Origin: a virus
Lineage: Duplodnaviria > Heunggongvirae > Uroviricota > Caudoviricetes
Length of the DNA stretch: 64,000 nucleotides
Virus record (IMG/VR): IMGVR_UViG_3300008108_000013
Direction: 5' to 3' (one strand)
Numbering within the stretch: position 1 is the first letter of the stretch; every line of letters starts with the position of its first letter. The position numbers and the translations under genes were made by a program. Shown here in pieces: positions 10,301-19,300 of this stretch. Under the pieces are notes generated by a model. That model did not search any database, was not told the origin of the DNA, and was given only the letters and a program-made list of their open reading frames with translations.

Positions 10301-13300
10301 TGATAAATTTCGTCAGTAAGAGATTCAAGTTGTTCCTGTAAATCTACTTCACTGTTTACTAATGTATAATATTCATTAGTTTTCGTAGTTAATACTTCTT
10401 GAGCATCGGCTAATGTTTCTTGAGCCGATGTTTTGCTATTATAATAAGGATCGTCTAATCGAACAGGATCAAAAAATGCTGTTATAACAATATTACTACC
10501 TGTTGGGACTGCATCATTTAAAAATACTGTTCCATTAGAATTTATAGTACAATCTATAGGATCTACTAGCGTTCTTGTAAACACAGCAGAAGTTCCTGTT
10601 TCGATGTCTTTAAACAATATTTGATCTAGCTTAACTGTTTTGTTAATAGTATTGACTTCTATTACCTTAGTGTCTAAACCAATAGTTTTCTCAACATCTG
10701 GAATTATTGTTACTATGTCACCGACTTGAATGTTATTAACACTTACTAAGGTAATTGTATTGCTACCTTCAACATTAGTAGTAGCTGTATCATCAAATTC
10801 AACTGTAGTTTCTACTCTAACTGTTGGCGGATAGATATTTAAAATGTTAAAATTATAAATTTTTGTGAATCCGTCACCGGGATAAGTTTCAATATTCTTA
10901 CTAGAATAATAAACGTTCATTTCTGTTCCGTTAGGAGGAACATATGGCAGGGTGAAGCTATGTGTATTGGCAGCAACAGTTACAATATAATCGCTAAATG
11001 TAGTGTCTGAGCTATCCCATTTGTCTGTATAATACGGTACACTATCCCATCCCTGACCAACTTCAAATGATAGTCCGGTAACGTTGACACCACCGTAATC
11101 GACTCCGGTCATTAGCTGTCCTAGCTCTTTACCGAGCTCTCCGGCTACTGGATCATAATAATATTGAATTCTGTCAGCCGCATTAAGGACTGACCAATCT
11201 TTAGTATAGTTAATTTTAACTGTAGATCCTCTTGCAGGTGCAACGTCAAATGTTAATAGACCACTATAACTTGTATAACCTCTGGATGTAGATTTAACAG
11301 TTGATAATTTATAATCTGATTTTAATACTTCTACATCATTTATTGTAACGGTTTCGATTCCAAGTTTAACATTATTAGCAAATGTATTAACAATATCAGG
11401 TGCCCACTTTAGAGGAAACTGTAGTCTAGAACCAGAAACTGCAACACTACCAGAATAAGTTTCAGTTTCTTGCAAACTTGTAATAAAATAACGTTGTGTT
11501 AGTCTGTCAAACTTTATTCCGATGTGATTATTTCTAATAACGCCGTCACCTATAATAGCCACGGCCCTAGCCTGTACTCCAGTTGTACCAAGACCTCCCT
11601 CGAGGACGATTACAGGAGCATCAAGATATCCTGAACCACGATTAATTAAAGATATTCTTGTAACTTTTCCGTTAGTTATAAACGCTCTGGCACGAGCGCC
11701 GGATCCGGAATTGCTGATTATTCTTACAACAGGTTCACTTACATATCCGGCGCCTTGCGACGAAACAACTATTGACGTGATATTATATCCTAAATTATCG
11801 TACCAATGCTTCCATGGATATTCTAATAATTTGTTGGAATTAGTTTGTACTATACCGTTTCTAACGACTACATCTATCGGAGTTATTGCACCATCTTCAA
11901 ATACCGCTGGTAAATCAAAATCAGTTGTTGACAATAAAGAATTATCAACTTTGTCGTATGAACTAATAAATTCTCTTATCTTAGTTCTATATGGCTTAAC
12001 TTCGTTGATAAAATCTTCAAAGTTTTCAAGATTGTCATTATTGTATGTGACTTTTTGTTTTAATTCGCCGACTGAGTGTTTAGCTTTAACGAAACTAGTT
12101 TTAAATATCCAATCTACATAGTTCTGTTCGCTTAATACATATCTTACGCTATTAAAGAATAAATCAAGATATGATTGTTTTAGGTCGTCTGTAAGAATAT
12201 TGTTCTTAATTGCATTTAAAATAATTCGCAATTCTATCGAAGCAGAATTATCAAATATCGATGAGTCATAAAGCGAAGCATCGAAACCATATTGTGTATT
12301 TGAGAAGCTATACAAATTAGAATTAAACTGTATTGTTCCTTTTTCGCTACCAATTACTTCATAGCTCTGTGTCCAGTCAACTGATGTCGACTCGGCATAC
12401 TTTCTTAATAACAACCAAGTTCCGTTATTAGTAGTTCTAATCTTAACTATTTGATCAATATCTGTCTTTAAATTATTTAGGTCTACAAAGGAGCTTACAG
12501 AAAAATCGATAGCAGTAAATTGATTGTAGCCCGGAGCATACCAATCTACATATGACCAATAATTTCTTACGTCATACGATTGTGTTTGTACTCTTGACCA
12601 AGTTAAAGATAGAGGCTCATATGAGTATATGCTCCAATTGCCGTACGCTGTACTATCACTGTGTACTAGTATAGAATAATTTCTAACTGTAACTGTTGTT
12701 TGATCAGAGTATCCCTCTCCTTGAGAAATAATTTCAACTCCGGTAATTCTCCCTCGAGTATCAAGGACTGATCGAACTACTGCACCGGTGCCAGTACCGC
12801 TAATTGTCAAATAAGGAGCAATTAAATATCCTCTACCTCTTTGTACAATATCAATTCCTGTTATTCTTCCATCATTAATAATCGGTTTTAGTACTGCCTT
12901 TTCGTATGTTCCAATATTCGTAAATCGTAATTCTTCTTCAGAATCAATTGCCGAATCGTACAGACCCGATATCTCCGAAGGTTCTTTTTCAAATTGTTCT
13001 ATGCTTGATAAATCAGATCTCTCTACGATCAGATTATTAATTAGAACAAGATTTATTTGTTCGATAAACTGTTTTAATGCTTCAAATCTATTAACAAACA
13101 TTCCCTGTCTTGGTCTAAATTCTATGCCGTATTTTATTTTTGGAGGTAGTGTAGTATCTGGGACTAGTCGACCTGCCTCGTCTTTACCGCATAAACTGTC
13201 AAACCATTTGTTTTCAATGAAACGAGGAATCGAAGAATTTGGATTGTTACTAATAATTTTCCATTCGTTATGAATGTTTTTATTATCGTAATTCCCGGTC

Positions 13301-16300
13301 CAGTATTCAACGGATAAAACAATATTTGAATCCTGAAGCAAAGGCTTAACGTTAACAAGACTAAACGAATTAGGACTTGTTAATGCAAGATATTTGTAAC
13401 CATACCCCCTAGGGTTAGAAATTAATTCTGCTACATCATTAGCAGGGATTTTTCTAAAGTTGACATTTGGAATAGTTTTCTTGTTCTTAACCCAATAATA
13501 ATAAGTGTTCTTAAATGTTTTAGCGACAGAATCATATTTTTTAATTAAACCATAAACATCGTTACCATAAAGAGTAGTGCCGCTAACACCTGTTATTAGC
13601 CCTTCGTCTGTATCTGCTCTGCTATTCCACTGAGAAGGTGTTAATGTTGTTTCTACCCATTCGTAGATATCAACGCTTGCTCCCGGGAACAATGTATTCC
13701 AAGTACTATTCCTATATACTAGATCATTATCTTGACTGTCGTAAAATTTAGCAGTTCTTAAATCCCACCAGAGAGTTCCTACTTGTGCTTTACCCCAAGC
13801 CATTCCTTCGTCAATTTTTACTGTAGAGTTTCCAACTGAATAAATTGCAGGATCGTAAAAAGTTTTATATCTAATTTCTTGGTCAGCAAGGCCTGGAATT
13901 CTGCCTTGTGTAGAATCAATGACATCAAGATAAGATACTAATTTATTAGTGTTTCGATCGTATAAGAATGCTCGTTTAATCTTTGATAAATCAATTCTAT
14001 CTGTTTCTTGATGCAAGACTGACCAACTAAATTTCCCTATTGGTTTTCTATATTCGTGTACTCTACCAGAGCTAAGTCCTTGGTCAAGGGCATATGGAGC
14101 TCCGACTAAGATAACGTCAGATCCTACAGCTAAACCTGTACTATATCCTGTAGAAATATCTTGTCCATTTACTAGGCTCTCACTGAATATCCATTTGCTA
14201 CCATACCTGTCATATACATCGATTCGACCGCTATCCTCAGCGACATCAACAATTTTTGTCAAGTTATTATCAAATGTTGTTGATCCTAAATCGATCGTCA
14301 TTGTTGTTTTAGTGTCTGAACCTTCGCTATAAACAACTAATGTATCATAATCATTCATAAAAGATATTTTTGAGCCGAAGAATTCAGCAGTTTCGGGATC
14401 AAGATTGTATAACTCCTGATATTGAGAATAACCAGTGCCGTTGTCCTTGTAGACAATAACTGTTCCTTGATCTATCGTTTCTTTATCATCAAAAATAGAA
14501 GAAACTGCAATATATTGCCCAGTGTTAGAAACTGTAATTGAAGTACCGTAATCTGGTGATCCGTTAGTTAGAACAGTATAAAGAGAATATTGCCCAGAAG
14601 CTAACTTATAGACGAAAACTTTTCCGGGTATCTTAATTAATTCGTCACCTTCGACTGATAAATTTTCACTATTATTATCATAGACGCCGCCTGGTGCAGA
14701 AACTAAAAGCGTTGAATTATCTTTACTTACTATAGTAGATGTACCAAACCTACTTCCAGACTGCAATGGCTCGCCGACTACTATACTAGTATCGTATCTC
14801 CAACCGGTTACAGTAAATGATAATATTGTACTTGGATCTGAATCAGGGGGAGCATTTAATATTAATGTTGTAGAATTAACTACCTGTGCTACATATTGTG
14901 TAGTGAAACCATTTCCTAGCACATGCATACCTGCTCGTATATTTGCAGTACTTGACACAACTAATGTCTGTCCAGAACTACCAACTGGGTTATAGTTTGT
15001 AGTGGCTTCGATAGTTGTCTTATAGGTTAATCTATAAACTTTACCTGTGTCGTTCTGGAATCCTTCGGAACCGACTAATAAAGTATCACTACCGAATGCA
15101 AGACTTGATCCAAATTTTTCATTATTCAACGGATGCGGGCTAACAATCGTAGCAACTAACGTAAAGATATTATTCGCATCTTTTTCGTATATCGAAACAA
15201 CACCTTGTTTTGTTAAATTAGAGTTTGTTGATAAAGAATCTTCACCAACTGGAATATAAGAAATTTCCTTCCAGAAATTTGTTTGAGTTTCTGGATTCTT
15301 ATTTAAATTTGCAGGAAGGCCAACAATAAACTGTGCTTGGTAAGGTTTAGAATTATAAATTACTATATCGCCTACAGCATAGCTTGTCACTGAAGACCAC
15401 AGAGGAGAACCTCCTACATATTTCAATCTAGAAGACACATTATTTGCCAACGGTGTTCCAGTTGCTAACCACCTACTGTCTCCGGAGATAGCTATAACAT
15501 CACCGGTTAAACTCGCAGGCGTAGCATTATCATCGAAACCAGTATTCTTAGATATAAATGGAACAGTTATTGTTTGTCTTTGTAGCCACGGTGCAACTGG
15601 TCCGGCTTTATCATATATAATTACTTCGCCAAGGTCATTAGAAATAGCAGTAATATTAGCGCCAGGATTTAATACAATTCTTCTTCCATATGAAAGACCT
15701 TCTTGCGGAGCAGTATTAATAATTTCATCTAAAGAGTAAATTGGATTATACTGCCATGTCATCCATTTATTATTTCCGTTGTCGTCAATCCAAAGTAGTT
15801 CACCGTTGTTTGGTGCAGTCTTTAGTACTTGGTCTGCCCTATCTATAGCATAGTCAATTGACCCGTTACCATTAACAACATTTTTTACCCTATAAGAATA
15901 AAATGTTGAAATTACTATCTTATTTTGTTCAGTAAACGGTGTTCTAAAATTAGTAATAGACGGTGCTGATAAAATAATTTTCTTTAAGTCTATATCAACA
16001 ACTTTATAAAATCCTGGAAAGGTAGATACTTGATCTATTCCGATGATATCACCTATGCGTACTGAAGTATTCTTGTCTAAGACCAATGTTAATAACTTGT
16101 CATTAGTAGAATAGGCAGCATCGACAACTGTTTGTTCTAATCGACTGTATCTATAGACATTCCATTCTCTGCCTTCGAATCCGACCCAAACATAATCACC
16201 TTCAACATAATCAGTAATATCAGTACTAATTACTTGATCGAGCGACACAAATGAATACTTAACATCGCTAGGTCTTACATATCCCGGTGTTCTTAAAAAT

Positions 16301-19300
16301 GACGGCTTATCTTCTGCAACAGGCCACGGACTATTGCTGTATCCTACTGGCTTAAGATACACTTCATTAGGGGTCTGTCTTACTATAAAGTCAACCAATG
16401 ATGTGTCAATTTGATTAACTAGCTCGTATCCTTGGGGATTATTTTTTACATCAGATTCGTCAATTATAAATTCGATGTTTTCAAATGCCTGGCTTGCACC
16501 GTACTGCCCGGTACGTAATGCCCATTCTTCATAAAAATCAACGCTTTCTTTATCATCGGCACTCAGAACATCAAATAGTTTATTAAGAACATTTTGTGTT
16601 CCCTTTTCAACTATCATTCCTTGATAAAACTTAAATTCGCTAACGTCGTCTTTAATAATGTTACTTAGATATTGACGCTTTTGATATCCAACTAAATGTT
16701 GTGCTACTGCCTGCTGATCTCCGTCAAAATTGTCGCTATCTAAACTATAAAAATCTGTAAACTGCTCGGCTTTATATGTCCAGTTAGGTAATAATCGCGG
16801 AGTAGGTTTTTGATCTAACTTAATCCACTTGTTATTATCAAACGACTCCTCTCCAGGAATAAATCGAGAAGCAGAATAATAAAATTGCTTATATTTTACA
16901 ATGTCGCCTAGCGCATAATCTTTCCATGACTCCCAATCATCGATCTTCGCTTGATCGAAGATAAATCCTGGAATGTTGAACGATCCGTTCCATTCGCTAC
17001 TAACATACCCGGATACTTTAATTTTTTCTTGTCTATATCCGCTTTCAGGATTATAAATTGTATCGTTGAACAAAGTTGAATTATTAAGAATAACAACTTG
17101 TTCTTTTTGCACGAGATAAAAAGTTGCACCATATATACCGTCTTCAGTTGGTGTATAACTTACTGCATTATCTTCTCTATAATTATTTAAAAAATTAGGT
17201 TGTATCGGTGTTCCGTCAACTTTAAATATTTCGTAACCATTAAAAGAATTACGAATGTCGTCGACTACACTTAACGGTGCTTCGAAAGTTAATTTAATTG
17301 CGGCTGGACTTAGGCTTATTACAGCACTTCCAATGTCACTTAGTCCGTCAAGTTTAACAAAATTATCTTCTTGAAAAACTTCTGAAGGATCCGATGTAAC
17401 TACTGATTTATAATAATCGCCGGCGTACTTTACAACACTACCTACAGGTACAAATTCATTTGGCTTCCAGTCGTCCCATTGGTCTTCGCCGGTGCTCCAG
17501 TTTTGTGTAGTCCAGAATAAAAATTCTTTAGCACTAGTTTCCCAATTAGTTATAGCATTTAATTCTGCATTAAAGTCATCAAAAATAAATCCTTGGTCTT
17601 TCAAATATTCGCCGTATCCTAAAAGGAAATCAACAACTTCTTGAATTGTTCTAAATCTAGTTCCGTATGGAACTACGATTTCCTCGGTCCTATCCCATTC
17701 TGTTCGTATATAAGCATCTCGACCACCAATTAGAGGAAGAGACGGTAGTAATTGATAATATTTAGAATCAAATGTATCTGATGTTGTATGTAAAACTTTT
17801 GATCTGTAATATCTATTATTGTAAAATATTACTTTACCAGAAGAATATGTTGACTGAGAAGTCCATTCAACAAATCCCTCAGATATGCCGCCGATGTTTA
17901 TTAGTAAACCAAGATTAGTAGCTGGATAATATTTAAAGTATGGTTGAGTTTTACTGTAACCTTTTACTGAAAAACCGTCAGCACCCTTCGTAATAACTAC
18001 TCCGCTATATGATATCTTCTTGATAGGACTAGACGAATTTAGAATAATCTCATAATCTTCTTGAGGGACAAATACACTACTTTGACTTAAAGGTGTTTTA
18101 CTATCTAATAGTAACTTAAATTTTTCTTTACTGCTAAAAGATCCTATTCTGTACGATAGTTTAGCTTGAATATTTTTTAAATTATATTGATACTCAGTAT
18201 AAGATCTTAAATTGTCACTAAGGATATAATCTACAATGTAATTAATAATTCCAGAAGATTTAATATTAGAAGTGCTAGAATAGATGCTAGGCAATACAAT
18301 GTCGCTGGCTGTAATTCTAACTCCAGTATCTTTATAAATCAACTGCCCTGCTAAATTTCTAACAATTCTTGACCTATCTAAAAGAGTTCCTAAGGTAGTT
18401 GCTGGCTGCAACAACATTGATGCAACCATTACACTGAACGGATAATAACTACTTCTTCGCCAAGCAGTCTCAACAGGACTTTGGTCTCCGAATACAAAAT
18501 CGTTAGCTGTGCTAGTTGTGATCGGTCCTAGAGCTAAACCAGAATCTAATGGACTAATAATATTTCCATCTTGATCTACCGGTATTCTTCCTTTTAGATA
18601 TGGCCTCTTGTATTTTTCTACATACACCGTTGGTGAATTAGGTTGCTTTACTAGCCCATCGGCTATGTCTTCCCACATTATTAAATTGTCGCTAGTATAT
18701 GGAGCAGGACCATATACTTCTTGCCACCAACTTGGCTCTATAGAAAAACCTAACATTTCCCAAGGACAAAGGTTCGGCCTATCTGTTCCTAGCATCCACT
18801 GATAGACACCTCTCCAGTATCCCGGAAGAGGCGAAGAACCGTCTAATGCCGGTAATTCTTTATAGTTAAAAGTAAGACTATTATCTCTAGAATAACCAAG
18901 CGGTTTAGTAAAATCTTTACTAACAAGTCCCGACCACTGGTAAAAACTTATTGAGAGGACTTCATTAAATTCAGACAGCGAATATCTATTACTCTTATTA
19001 AAAGACGGAATTAAATCTTGTACATCAAATATGTTAGAATCGTACTTAATTTTAATATTATTAAAAATTCTCTTTTCTAATTCTAATATTAAATCGTCTC
19101 TGTAATCATTGTAGGCCAATATTAAGCTACCGTCGTGGCCCTGTATCATCCACCGTGGATTTACCAACGTGGTATCATAAATCTTTTTAGGTTCATATTT
19201 TGGCCAAATACCTAACTTAGTTGGTGTTGGTGGAACACAGCATCCATTAGTATTTTCAAATTCCCATATTGTAACTTTATCATCGTTTTGCAATTCTGCA

